A stretch of DNA of 15,654 nt from Gemmatimonadota bacterium (GTDB lineage: Bacteria > Gemmatimonadota > Gemmatimonadetes > Gemmatimonadales > GWC2-71-9), in assembly GCA_039591655.1 (NCBI GenBank), contig JBDHDE010000057.1:1-15654 (forward strand), written 5' to 3'. A program made the translations under genes and the position numbers. Positions 1 through 12,827 of the stretch are shown piece by piece (the first letter of the stretch is position 1; each line of letters starts with the position of its first letter). Under the pieces are notes generated by a model. That model was not told where the DNA came from. It was given only the letters and a program-made list of their open reading frames with translations, and ran no database searches.

Positions 1-146
<146 letters not shown>

Positions 147-166
147 TCAGCTCGCTCGGGTCTTCC

Positions 167-2263
167 TCAACCCCGCGTCTTGCTGATGATCTCGTCCGCC
201 GTCCCCTTGGGCGCTGCCGCATAGTGCGAGAACTGCATCGAGTACACCGCCCGACCCTGGCTCATCGACCGGAGCTTGGTCGAGTACCCGAACATCTCGC
301 CCAGCGGAACACTGGCACCGATCACCTGCGCCTCGCCTCTTTGCATCATCCCGCCGACCTTGCCGCGGCGGCTGTTGAGATCCCCGATCACATCACCCAT
401 GTACTCCGAAGGCGTGACGACCTCGACGTCCATAACCGGCTCGAGCAATACGGGGCGCGCCCTGCCGACGGCCTCCTTGATGGCGATCGAGCCGGCCACC
501 TTGAAGGCCATCTCGCTCGAGTCGACGTCGTGGTAGCTGCCGTCCACCAACGACACCTTGACGTCGACCACGGGATAGCCTGCCAGCACGCCGTTCTCGA
601 GGGCCTGCTTGACCCCCTCCTCGACCGGTCCGATGTACTCCTTCGGGATCGAGCCGCCCACGATCTTGTCCTCGAAGACGAAGCCGTGGCCCGCCTCGTT
701 GGGCTCCAGATGGATCACCACATGGCCGTACTGGCCGCGACCGCCCGTCTGCCTCACGAACTTCCCGTCCACGTACTCCACCCGCTGCCGGATCGTCTCG
801 CGGTAGGCGACCTGCGGCCGGCCCACGTTCGCCTCCACCTTGAACTCGCGCTTCATGCGGTCCACGAGGATCTCGAGGTGGAGCTCGCCCATGCCGGAGA
901 TGATCGTCTGTCCGGTCTCCTGATCGGAGCGGACGTGGAACGTCGGGTCCTCCTCGGAGAGCTTCTGCAACGCCGTCGACAGGCGGTCCTGGTCGGCCTT
1001 CGTCTTGGGCTCGATGGCCACGGAGATCACCGGCTCCGGGAACCGCATCGCCTCGAGAATGACCGGGTGATCCGCGTCGCACAGGGTATCGCCGGTGCGG
1101 GTCTCCTTGAGGCCGATGGCGGCCGCGATGTCCCCGGCCCGGACCTCCTGCACCTCCTCGCGCTTGTTGGCGTGCATCTGGAGGAGGCGCCCGATCCGCT
1201 CCCGACGATCCTTGGTGGAGTTATAGATGTACGAGCCCGACTCCAGCACGCCCGAGTACACGCGGAAGAACGTCAGCTTCCCAACATACGGATCCGTCGC
1301 GATCTTGAACGCCAGCGCGCTGAAGGGCTCCTCGTCGGAGGCTCGCCGCTCCACGAACGTCTCGTCGTGGTGAGGGAGATGCCCCGTGACGGCAGGCACG
1401 TCCAGCGGGCTCGGCAGGTAGTCGGTGATCCCGTCCAGCAGCCGCTGCACGCCCTTGTTCTTGAACGCGGCACCGCAGAACACCGGGATGATGTGCCCGC
1501 CGAGCGTCGCCTGGCGGATGGCCCGCCGGATCTCCTGGTCGGTGAGCTCGTGCTCCTCCAGATACTTGTGGAGCAACTCCTCGTCGTGCTCCACGGCGGC
1601 CTCGATGAGCTCGTGCCGCAGCCGCTCCGCCTTCTCCTTGAAGGCGTCGGGCACCGGCCGCTCCTCCCAGGTCACGCCTAGGCTATCCTCGTCGTAGACG
1701 ACCTCCACCTGCCGCACCACATCGATGAGTCCCGTGAACAACTCGCCCGAACCGAGTGGGAACTGCACCGGGTAGGCCTTCGCCCCGAGCCGGTCCCGCA
1801 TCATGCCCACGCAGCGATCGAAGTCCGCGCCGACGCGGTCCATCTTGTTCACGAACACGATCCGCGGGACGCGGTACCGGTCGGCCTGGCGCCACACCGT
1901 TTCCGTCTGGGGCTCCACACCGCCCACCGCATCCAGGATGGCGACGGCACCATCCAACACCCGCAGGGACCGTTCGACCTCAACGGTGAAGTCCACGTGG
2001 CCCGGGGTGTCGATGATGTTGATCTGGAAGAGCTCGTCGAACCGCATCCACTCGCAGTACGTCGCCGCCGAGGTGATCGTGATCCCCCGCTCCTGCTCCT
2101 GCTCCATCCAGTCCATCGTAGCGGTCCCCTCATGCACCTCGCCGATCTTGTACGTCCGGCCGGTGTAATAGAGGATCCGTTCCGTGGTCGTCGTCTTCCC
2201 GGCATCAATGTGCGCCATGATGCCGATGTTACGAATCTTCTCAAGTGGCGTGGTTCTCGGCAT
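167..2263 (-). CDS. fusA: Elongation factor G (698 aa)
   Basis: Contains AHIDAGKTT (G1), RGITI (G2), DTPGHVDF (G3), NKMDR (G4), GMGELHLE and [10 protein letters not shown]. It lies between rpsG and tuf. Confidence 0.99.
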   Translation of the reverse strand: MPRTTPLEKIRNIGIMAHIDAGKTTTTERILYYTGRTYKIGEVHEGTATMDWMEQEQERGITITSAATYCEWMRFDELFQINIIDTPGHVDFTVEVERSLRVLDGAVAILDAVGGVEPQTETVWRQADRYRVPRIVFVNKMDRVGADFDRCVGMMRDRLGAKAYPVQFPLGSGELFTGLIDVVRQVEVVYDEDSLGVTWEERPVPDAFKEKAERLRHELIEAAVEHDEELLHKYLEEHELTDQEIRRAIRQATLGGHIIPVFCGAAFKNKGVQRLLDGITDYLPSPLDVPAVTGHLPHHDETFVERRASDEEPFSALAFKIATDPYVGKLTFFRVYSGVLESGSYIYNSTKDRRERIGRLLQMHANKREEVQEVRAGDIAAAIGLKETRTGDTLCDADHPVILEAMRFPEPVISVAIEPKTKADQDRLSTALQKLSEEDPTFHVRSDQETGQTIISGMGELHLEILVDRMKREFKVEANVGRPQVAYRETIRQRVEYVDGKFVRQTGGRGQYGHVVIHLEPNEAGHGFVFEDKIVGGSIPKEYIGPVEEGVKQALENGVLAGYPVVDVKVSLVDGSYHDVDSSEMAFKVAGSIAIKEAVGRARPVLLEPVMDVEVVTPSEYMGDVIGDLNSRRGKVGGMMQRGEAQVIGASVPLGEMFGYSTKLRSMSQGRAVYSMQFSHYAAAPKGTADEIISKTRG

Positions 2264-2338
2264 ACGTCCCTTATCTATCGCGAAGCCGGCATGCTACGCC
2301 GGATCTCGCCTCCGCCCTCTGGCCCGACGCGGGCAGCT

Positions 2339-2388
2339 AAAAAGCGGGGCGACCGTCATCCGTCTCATACGGATAGGTCTCGCTCCGC
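2339..2388 (-). terminator. Intrinsic terminator/attenuator-like long hairpin followed by U5 in the rpsG-fusA spacer
   Basis: The sense strand reads GCGGAGC-GA-GACC-T-ATCCGT-[ATGAG]-ACGGAT-GAC-GGTC-GCCCCGC-TTTTT. This gives three stacked stems (6 of 7 bp, 4 bp, 6 bp) directly followed by five T. Confidence 0.55.
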
Positions 2389-2464
2389 GGTCGTCCGGGG
2401 CCTCGCCCCTGCGACGCAGGATCCCTTAAGTCAGGGTCCCGAAGTTGTCAGTCTATCGGTTCGC

Positions 2465-2935
2465 CTACCACCGGTAGTGGGCGAACGCGCGATTCGCTTC
2501 CGCCATCCGGTGCGTGTCTTCCCTCTTCTTGACCGAGCTCCCCTCTCCCTTGGAGGCGGCGATCAGCTCGCCGGCGAGGCGCTCGGCCATGGACTTCTCA
2601 TTCCGATCCCTCGCGTACTGCACGATCCAACGCATCGCCAGGGACGCCCGCCGGTCGGGGCGGACCTCCACGGGCACCTGATACGTGGCGCCGCCGACCC
2701 GCCGGCTCTTCACCTCGAGCACCGGCTTCACGTTGGCCAGCGCCTGCTTGAAGACCTGCACGCCCGGCTGTCCGGTCCGCTGCTCGATCAGGTCCATCGA
2801 CTCGTAGAACAGCCGCTCGGCCGTCGACTTCTTGCCGGCCTCCATCAGACGGTTGAGGAACTTGGTGACCGTCTGGCTGTCGTACCGGGGATCGGCCGGC
2901 ACGGGCCGCCGCTCGGCTCGCTTGCGGCGGCTCAC
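2465..2935 (-). CDS. rpsG: 30S ribosomal protein S7 (156 aa)
   Basis: Contains [12 protein letters not shown] and [15 protein letters not shown]. The GTG start overlaps the rpsL stop (GTGA, 2932-2935). Confidence 0.99.
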   Translation of the reverse strand: MSRRKRAERRPVPADPRYDSQTVTKFLNRLMEAGKKSTAERLFYESMDLIEQRTGQPGVQVFKQALANVKPVLEVKSRRVGGATYQVPVEVRPDRRASLAMRWIVQYARDRNEKSMAERLAGELIAASKGEGSSVKKREDTHRMAEANRAFAHYRW

Positions 2936-3303
2936 CTGGGCCTCTTCGCGCCATACTTGGAGCGACTCTGCCGCCGATCGGCCACCCCGGCAGCGTCCAG
3001 CGTCCCACGGATGATATGGTAGCGCACGCCCGGGAGGTCTTTCACCCGGCCGCCGCGAATCAACACGATACTGTGCTCCTGTAGGTTGTGGCCCTCACCC
3101 GGGATGTAGCTGGTCACCTCGAAGCCGTTGGTGAGCCGCACACGGGCCACCTTCCGCAGAGCGGAGTTGGGCTTCTTCGGCGTGGTCGTGTACACGCGGG
3201 TGCAGACGCCACGCTTCTGGGGATTCCCCTTGAGCGCGGGCGCCTTCTCCTTCTTCGGGATCTCCTTCCGCCCCTGGCGGACCAACTGGTTGATCGTCGG
3301 CAT
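2932..3303 (-). CDS. rpsL: 30S ribosomal protein S12 (123 aa)
   Basis: Contains [22 protein letters not shown] and [13 protein letters not shown]. Confidence 0.99.
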   Translation of the reverse strand: MPTINQLVRQGRKEIPKKEKAPALKGNPQKRGVCTRVYTTTPKKPNSALRKVARVRLTNGFEVTSYIPGEGHNLQEHSIVLIRGGRVKDLPGVRYHIIRGTLDAAGVADRRQSRSKYGAKRPR

Positions 3304-3336
3304 AGCCCTACAGGTTACGATCCACGACCACCGACC

Positions 3337-3356
3337 GGGGCCCCCGGAGGGGCCCC
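3337..3356 (-). promoter_or_regulatory. Perfect 8-bp GC hairpin with a cUCCGg (UNCG-type) tetraloop in the rpsL 5' leader
   Basis: The sense strand reads GGGGCCCC-TCCG-GGGGCCCC and is preceded, not followed, by TTTTTT (3357-3362). Confidence 0.7.
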
Positions 3357-3379
3357 AAAAAATCGATGGTAGACTTACA

Positions 3380-3408
3380 AATCTAGATGGGCGTGCGCCT
3401 TAGGTCAA
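3380..3408 (-). promoter_or_regulatory. Sigma70-type promoter for rpsL-rpsG-fusA-tuf
   Basis: TTGACC (3408-3403), a 17-nt spacer and TAGATT (3385-3380) sit in a locally AT-rich patch just after the rpoC stop. Confidence 0.8.
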
Positions 3409-3413
3409 CGCCT

Positions 3414-7727
<4,314 letters not shown>

Positions 7728-7732
7728 CTAGA

Positions 7733-10700
7733 TTACTCCTCGCCGTTGTCGGTGACGCCGAGCTCAACCTTGAGCCCGAGTGCCTGGAGCTCCTTGACGA
7801 GCACGTTGAACGATTCCGGCGTCCCTGGCTCCGGCAGGTTCTGACCCTTCACAATCGCCTCGTACACGCGGCTTCGGCCGTTCACGTCATCCGACTTGAC
7901 CGTGAGCATTTCCTGCAGGGTGTGCGCCGCCCCGTATGCCTCGAGGGCCCATACCTCCATCTCGCCGAAGCGTTGGCCGCCGAACTGTGCCTTCCCCGCC
8001 AGCGGCTGCTGCGTCACGAGGCTGTACGGCCCAATGGACCGGGCGTGGATCTTGTCGTCCACCAGATGCGACAGCTTCATCATGTAGATGGAGCCGACCG
8101 TCACTTCCGCGGCGAACGGCTCGCCCGTGCGGCCGTCGCGCAGCCGCGCCTTGCCCATCGGCGTCAAGCCGGCCAGCTCGAGCAGTCCGTCGGCCGCAGC
8201 CTCCACGTCCGCCTCACTCTTCGGCCGCAGCACCTTCGCCACGGCTCCGAGCCCGGAAGCCTCGAGGCACCTGATGGCGTCCAGGCTGGCGTGCTTCTGC
8301 GCCTCCTTGATGCCGGCTTTGAGGGCTGCCTTCTCGGCCTTCGTGACCTCGGACCCCGCCTCCTCGAGCCGGACCTCGTGGTACTCCCTCTGCAGCTCGG
8401 CCTCGACCTTGCGACGCTCGGCAAGCTCCTTGGCCGAGCGCTCCAGGAAATCCCGCAGACCGTGGAACAGATCCCGCGTCGACTGCGACAGTGCTCTGCT
8501 TCCCAGCGCGTCGAGCCGGATGTTCGTCAGATCGGGCCGGTCTCCGTCCACGGCAGGCAGGCGCCGGAGGTCCGCCAGCAGCGTCCTAACCACCTCCGGG
8601 CCGAGTGCAGGCGGTGTCGCATGCAGCGCCAAGGCCTGGGCAGTCCAGCGCAGCCCGGCGATCCGGAGGAGCAACCCGACCTCGTTCTCGTTGGCACCCT
8701 GGAAGACCGGGGTTTCCGCCATGAAGCCTAGAATCTCGGCGCACCAGCCGAGGTGGGTCTCCAAGATCTGGCCGACGTTCATGCGGCTCGGGACGCCCAA
8801 CGGGTTGAGTATGACGTCCACCGGCGTCCCGTCCGGCAGGAACGGCATGTCCTCCTCGGGAACGATCCGAGCGATGATGCCCTTGTTCCCGTGCCGCCCC
8901 GCCATCTTGTCGCCCACCGAGATCTTCCGCTTCTCGGCCAGGTAGACCTTCACGAGCTGGATGACTCCGGGCGGGAGCTCGTCGGGCTGCAGAATCTTGT
9001 CGATCTGGTCCTCCGCCTTCTCCTCGACCCTCGCCCGCTCGCGGTTCGCCGCGTCGATGGCGGCGCGCACCCTCTCATTGGCGCTCTTGGACTTCACGCG
9101 CAGCGTCTTGAGATCGACCTCACTGAAGTCCACCTCCGCCAGCGCGGCCTTGGCGAGCTTCGTGCCCTCTGAGAGATACTCCTCCACCGTGCCGCTCTTG
9201 AGCATCACGGCTACCTCCTGCCCCTGCAGCAGCTCGTGCAGCTCATCGAACAACGCGGCACTGATGCGGGCCTTCTCCTCGTTCTCCAGGCGCCGCACAT
9301 CACCGATCCGCTCGCCACGGTCCTTCTCGACGACCTGGTCCTCGACGCGCGAGAAGATCTTGACGTCGATGACCACGCCCTCCATGCCCGGCGGGACCTT
9401 GAGGGAGGAGTCCTTCACGTCCTTCGCCTTCTCACCGAAGATCGCCGTCAGCAGCTTCTCTTCGGGCGAGAGCTCGGTTTCGCCCTTCGGCGTGATCTTC
9501 CCAACCAGGATGTCGCCCGGGTTGACCGCTGCCCCGATGCGTACGATGCCCCGCTCATCGAGGTCGACCAGCGCCTCCTCCGAGACGTTGGGGATCTCGC
9601 GGGTGATCTCCTCCTGGCCCCGCTTGGTGTCGCGCACGTGCAGCTCGAGCTCCTGGATGTGAATGGACGAGTAGGTGTCGTCCTTCACCAGGCGCTCCGA
9701 GATGACGATGGCGTCCTCGAAGTTGTGGCCATACCAGGGCATGAAGGCGACGAGGACGTTGGCGCCCAAGGCGAGGCTGCCGTGGTCCGTGCCTGCGCCA
9801 TCGGCAACCACCTCGCCGGCTTCGACCGCCTGCCCCACTCTCACCAGCGGGCGCTGATTGATGGCCGTGTCCTGATTGGTGCGCCAGAACTTCTTGAGGC
9901 GGTACCGGTTGTGCTGTAGGAGGCGCGCCAGCGGAGTGCCCTCCCGATCCTGTCCCTGGCGACCGGTGTCGATGATGATCTCGTCCGCCGTGACCTTGCT
10001 GACCACGCCGCCGCGGCGTGCCGTCACGACTGCGCCCGAGTCGGACGCGACCTTGCCCTCCAGCCCGGTGCCCACCAGCGGGCCCCGCGGGAACAGCAAG
10101 GGCACGGCCTGCCGCTGCATGTTGCTCCCCATGAGCGCACGGTTCGCGTCGTCGTGCTCGAGGAACGGAATGAGCGCCGCCGCAATCGAGACCAGCTGCT
10201 CCGGCGCCACGTCCATGAAGTCGATACGCTGCGGCGTCAGCAGGGGATAGTCGTCTCGCTTCCGGCACAGAGCCACCTCGTTCACGAAGGTGCCCTTCTC
10301 ATCCAACGGCGCGTTGGCCTGTGCGACGGCGAACTCCTCCTCTTCGGATGCGGACAGCCAACGGACTTCCTGGCCGACCGTCCCGTGAGACACGCGCCTG
10401 TAGGGGGTCTCGATGAAGCCCAGCTCGTTCACCTGTGCAAAGGTGGAGAGGCTGGTGATGAGACCGATGTTCGGCCCTTCAGGGGTCTCGATGGGACACA
10501 TCCGCCCGTATTGTGAGTAGTGGACGTCCCGCACCTCAAACCCCGCGCGCTCCCGGGTGAGCCCACCCGGCCCCAGCGCGCTGAGACGCCGCTTGTGGGT
10601 GAGCTCCGCGAGAGGGTTCGTCTGATCCATGAACTGCGAGAGTTGCGAGCTCCCGAAGAAAGCCTGGATGACGGCGCTCACCGTTCGGGCGTTCACCAGA

Positions 10701-12226
10701 TCGTCCAGCGTGATCTTCTCCGGGTCGTTGTTGATGCTCATCCGCTCCTTGATCAGGCGCGCCATGCGGGAGAGACCCACAGAGAACTGGTTGGCGATGA
10801 GCTCGCCGACAGTGCGCACGCGCCGGTTCCCCAAATGGTCGATGTCGTCGGTGTAGCCGCGACCCTCGGACAATTCCAGTAAGTAGCGGATGATCGCTAC
10901 GAAGTCCTCACGGGTAAGCACCGTGTGCTCGGGCGGGATGTTCACCTTCAGCCGCTGGTTGATCTTGTAGCGTCCCACCCGGCCCAGATCGTACCGCTTC
11001 GGGTTGAAGAACAGCCGCTCGAGAGCCGCCCGGGCCGTTTCCAGGTTCGGTGCCTCGCCGGGCCGCAGGAGTGAGTAGATCTGCTCCAGGGCATCGGCCT
11101 CACTCGTAGTCGGGTCCTTCGCGATGGTGTTCTTGACGATCTGCGACTCGCCGCGGGCCGACGTGATGATGACATCGACCTTGTGGGCGCTCGCCTTGAT
11201 CAGGCGCTTCTTCAGAGCCTCCGTCAACTCCTTCCCCGCCTCCGCCAGCACCTCACCGGTCTCTGGATCGGGCACGTCGAAGGCCAGGATCTGCTTCTCC
11301 GGACGCTCCCGCACCGTAGTCGGCCGATCCTCGTCACGGAGGTCGACCGTCGAGTAGCGCGCGAATACCCGCACCGCCCTGACGCCGGCCGAGCGGAACG
11401 CCTCGAACCGCTCCGGGGTGATCTCATCGCCCTCCCGCGCCAGCGGCTCGCCGTCACGGTCCTCCGGGTTGGCGACCTCCTCGGCCACCCACGCACCCAA
11501 CACCTCCCGGCGGAATGCCCGCTCGTCCCGCACCGCTTGGAGGTCGAGCTGCTTGTTGGCATAGAACAGCCGCAGCAGGTCGCTGTTGGTGCCGTAGCCC
11601 AGGGCCCGCAGCAGCGCCGAGGCCGGGAACTTCTTCCGCTTGTCGATATGCACGTACACGACGTCGTGGATGTCGACCGTGAACTCGACCCACGAGCCGC
11701 GGAACGGAATGATCCGCGCACTGTTGAGGCGCTGCCCGTTCGGGTGAATCGTCTCCTCGAAGACCACACCGGGGGACCGGTGCAGCTGCGAGACCACCAC
11801 CCGTTCCGCGCCGTTGATCACGAACGTGCCCAACGGCGTAAGCACGGGAAGCTCACCGAGATAGACTTCCTTCTCGATGATGTTCTTCGGCCGCTGGACG
11901 CCGTCCTCCAGCGTCTCGTTGATGACCAGCCGAAGGGTGGCTTTGAGGGATCTGGAGTAGGTCATGTCCCGCTCGATGCATTCCTCGACGGAGTACTTCG
12001 GCTCCCCGAGCGAGAAGCGCACGAACTCGAGCGAGTAGTTGCCGTTCACGTCGGTGATCGGAAAGACCTCCTGGAAGACCCGCTCCAGCGAGATGTCGGC
12101 GCGCTCGCCGTCGTCCTCGGACCGCAGGAACGCGTTGAACGAGCGCGTCTGGATATCCAGGAGATGGGGCATGGTCATGCCCGTTTCCAGCTTCGCGAAC
12201 GAGATTGTGGGCAACCGGTCACTCAT
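7733..12226 (-). CDS. rpoB: DNA-directed RNA polymerase subunit beta (1497 aa)
   Basis: Contains [54 protein letters not shown] and [18 protein letters not shown]. The SD GAGGA lies upstream of the ATG at 12226. Confidence 0.99.
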   Translation of the reverse strand: MSDRLPTISFAKLETGMTMPHLLDIQTRSFNAFLRSEDDGERADISLERVFQEVFPITDVNGNYSLEFVRFSLGEPKYSVEECIERDMTYSRSLKATLRLVINETLEDGVQRPKNIIEKEVYLGELPVLTPLGTFVINGAERVVVSQLHRSPGVVFEETIHPNGQRLNSARIIPFRGSWVEFTVDIHDVVYVHIDKRKKFPASALLRALGYGTNSDLLRLFYANKQLDLQAVRDERAFRREVLGAWVAEEVANPEDRDGEPLAREGDEITPERFEAFRSAGVRAVRVFARYSTVDLRDEDRPTTVRERPEKQILAFDVPDPETGEVLAEAGKELTEALKKRLIKASAHKVDVIITSARGESQIVKNTIAKDPTTSEADALEQIYSLLRPGEAPNLETARAALERLFFNPKRYDLGRVGRYKINQRLKVNIPPEHTVLTREDFVAIIRYLLELSEGRGYTDDIDHLGNRRVRTVGELIANQFSVGLSRMARLIKERMSINNDPEKITLDDLVNARTVSAVIQAFFGSSQLSQFMDQTNPLAELTHKRRLSALGPGGLTRERAGFEVRDVHYSQYGRMCPIETPEGPNIGLITSLSTFAQVNELGFIETPYRRVSHGTVGQEVRWLSASEEEEFAVAQANAPLDEKGTFVNEVALCRKRDDYPLLTPQRIDFMDVAPEQLVSIAAALIPFLEHDDANRALMGSNMQRQAVPLLFPRGPLVGTGLEGKVASDSGAVVTARRGGVVSKVTADEIIIDTGRQGQDREGTPLARLLQHNRYRLKKFWRTNQDTAINQRPLVRVGQAVEAGEVVADGAGTDHGSLALGANVLVAFMPWYGHNFEDAIVISERLVKDDTYSSIHIQELELHVRDTKRGQEEITREIPNVSEEALVDLDERGIVRIGAAVNPGDILVGKITPKGETELSPEEKLLTAIFGEKAKDVKDSSLKVPPGMEGVVIDVKIFSRVEDQVVEKDRGERIGDVRRLENEEKARISAALFDELHELLQGQEVAVMLKSGTVEEYLSEGTKLAKAALAEVDFSEVDLKTLRVKSKSANERVRAAIDAANRERARVEEKAEDQIDKILQPDELPPGVIQLVKVYLAEKRKISVGDKMAGRHGNKGIIARIVPEEDMPFLPDGTPVDVILNPLGVPSRMNVGQILETHLGWCAEILGFMAETPVFQGANENEVGLLLRIAGLRWTAQALALHATPPALGPEVVRTLLADLRRLPAVDGDRPDLTNIRLDALGSRALSQSTRDLFHGLRDFLERSAKELAERRKVEAELQREYHEVRLEEAGSEVTKAEKAALKAGIKEAQKHASLDAIRCLEASGLGAVAKVLRPKSEADVEAAADGLLELAGLTPMGKARLRDGRTGEPFAAEVTVGSIYMMKLSHLVDDKIHARSIGPYSLVTQQPLAGKAQFGGQRFGEMEVWALEAYGAAHTLQEMLTVKSDDVNGRSRVYEAIVKGQNLPEPGTPESFNVLVKELQALGLKVELGVTDNGEE

Positions 12227-12241
12227 TAGCAGTCCTCACGC

Positions 12242-12326
12242 AACGCAAAGAACCCCGCCCTGCTCCGGCCCGGAGCGTTGCCGGCCCGGAGCCATCGTCG
12301 GGGCTCGCCAAGCGAGCAGGGTTTGC
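12242..12326 (-). promoter_or_regulatory. Structured rplL-rpoB attenuator-like element
   Basis: An outer stem GAGCCCCG/CGGGGTTC (12306-12299 with 12257-12250) is followed by TTTGCGTT and encloses an 11-bp inner stem. A competing perfect pairing CCCTGCTC/GAGCAGGG exists (12321-12314 with 12265-12258). The position matches the known E. coli rplL-rpoB attenuator. Confidence 0.5.
12265..12292. repeat. Perfect 12-bp direct repeat CCGGCCCGGAGC, two copies, period 16
   Basis: Copies at 12265-12276 and 12281-12292, separated by GTTG. Confidence 0.9.
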
Positions 12327-12407
12327 AGGAACGTCGATCCATACCGTCCTAGCTGAAGAAGTACCGTGGTCGTCCGCCCCACCCGGGGGCAGGTACCGCC
12401 GCCCCGG

Positions 12408-12800
12408 CTACTTCAGCTCGACGGTCGCGCCCTGCTCTTCGAGTTTCTTCTGGATCGTCTCAGCCTCTTCCTTGGAGACGCCTTCCTTCACGGCCGCCGG
12501 CGCGGAGTCCACGAGATCCTTGGCCTCCTTGAGGCCCAGCGAGGTTACCTCACGCACGACCTTGATGACCTGGATCTTCTTCGCGCCAGCTTCCTTCAAC
12601 ACGACCGCGAACTCGGTCTTCTCTTCAACCTCAGCCGCTGCACCCTCACCACCAGCGGCGGGCGCGGCTGCCACCGGTGCGGCCGCGATCGTGACGTTGA
12701 ACTTCTCCTTGAACGCCTCAACCAGATCGGCCAGCTCCGTCACCGACATGGTCCCGATGGCCTCGAGGATCTCGTCCTTGCTCAGAGTCTTGGTTGCCAT
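12408..12800 (-). CDS. rplL: 50S ribosomal protein L7/L12 (130 aa)
   Basis: Has the N-terminal dimerisation helices, an Ala-rich hinge, [27 protein letters not shown] and GATVELK. Confidence 0.99.
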   Translation of the reverse strand: MATKTLSKDEILEAIGTMSVTELADLVEAFKEKFNVTIAAAPVAAAPAAGGEGAAAEVEEKTEFAVVLKEAGAKKIQVIKVVREVTSLGLKEAKDLVDSAPAAVKEGVSKEEAETIQKKLEEQGATVELK

Positions 12801-12827
12801 GCTCCGTCTCTCTCCGAAACCTGGGAG

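Noticed and set aside
2294..2368. 24-codon minus-strand ORF MRRMTVAPLFSCPRRARGRRRDPA* as a fusA leader peptide
   Set aside because: It starts inside the terminator loop and runs past the U tract, so it cannot control that terminator in the classical way. Its start is buried in structure.
2423..2451. Internal fusA promoter CTGACA-17 nt-TAAGGG
   Set aside because: The -10 box matches only 2 of 6 positions and lacks the conserved final T.
2932..3303. Streptomycin-resistance allele in rpsL
   Set aside because: K43 and K88 are both wild type.
3337..3362. rpoC terminator
   Set aside because: The T tract is 5' of the stem on the coding strand, the opposite strand has A6 after the stem, and the hairpin lies downstream of the predicted rpsL promoter.
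8165..8650. RpoB insertion as an intein or homing endonuclease
   Set aside because: There is no Cys/Ser start with a His-Asn end, and no LAGLIDADG or HNH motif. The sequence looks alpha-helical rather than HINT-like.
10571..10660. Rifampicin-resistance allele in rpoB
   Set aside because: The residues equivalent to E. coli Q513, D516, H526, R529 and S531 are wild type. Ala at 522 matches the Bacillus subtilis sequence.
12265..12292. Direct repeat as a CRISPR remnant or transposon end
   Set aside because: There are only two 12-bp copies with a 4-nt gap, and no cas or transposase gene in the window.
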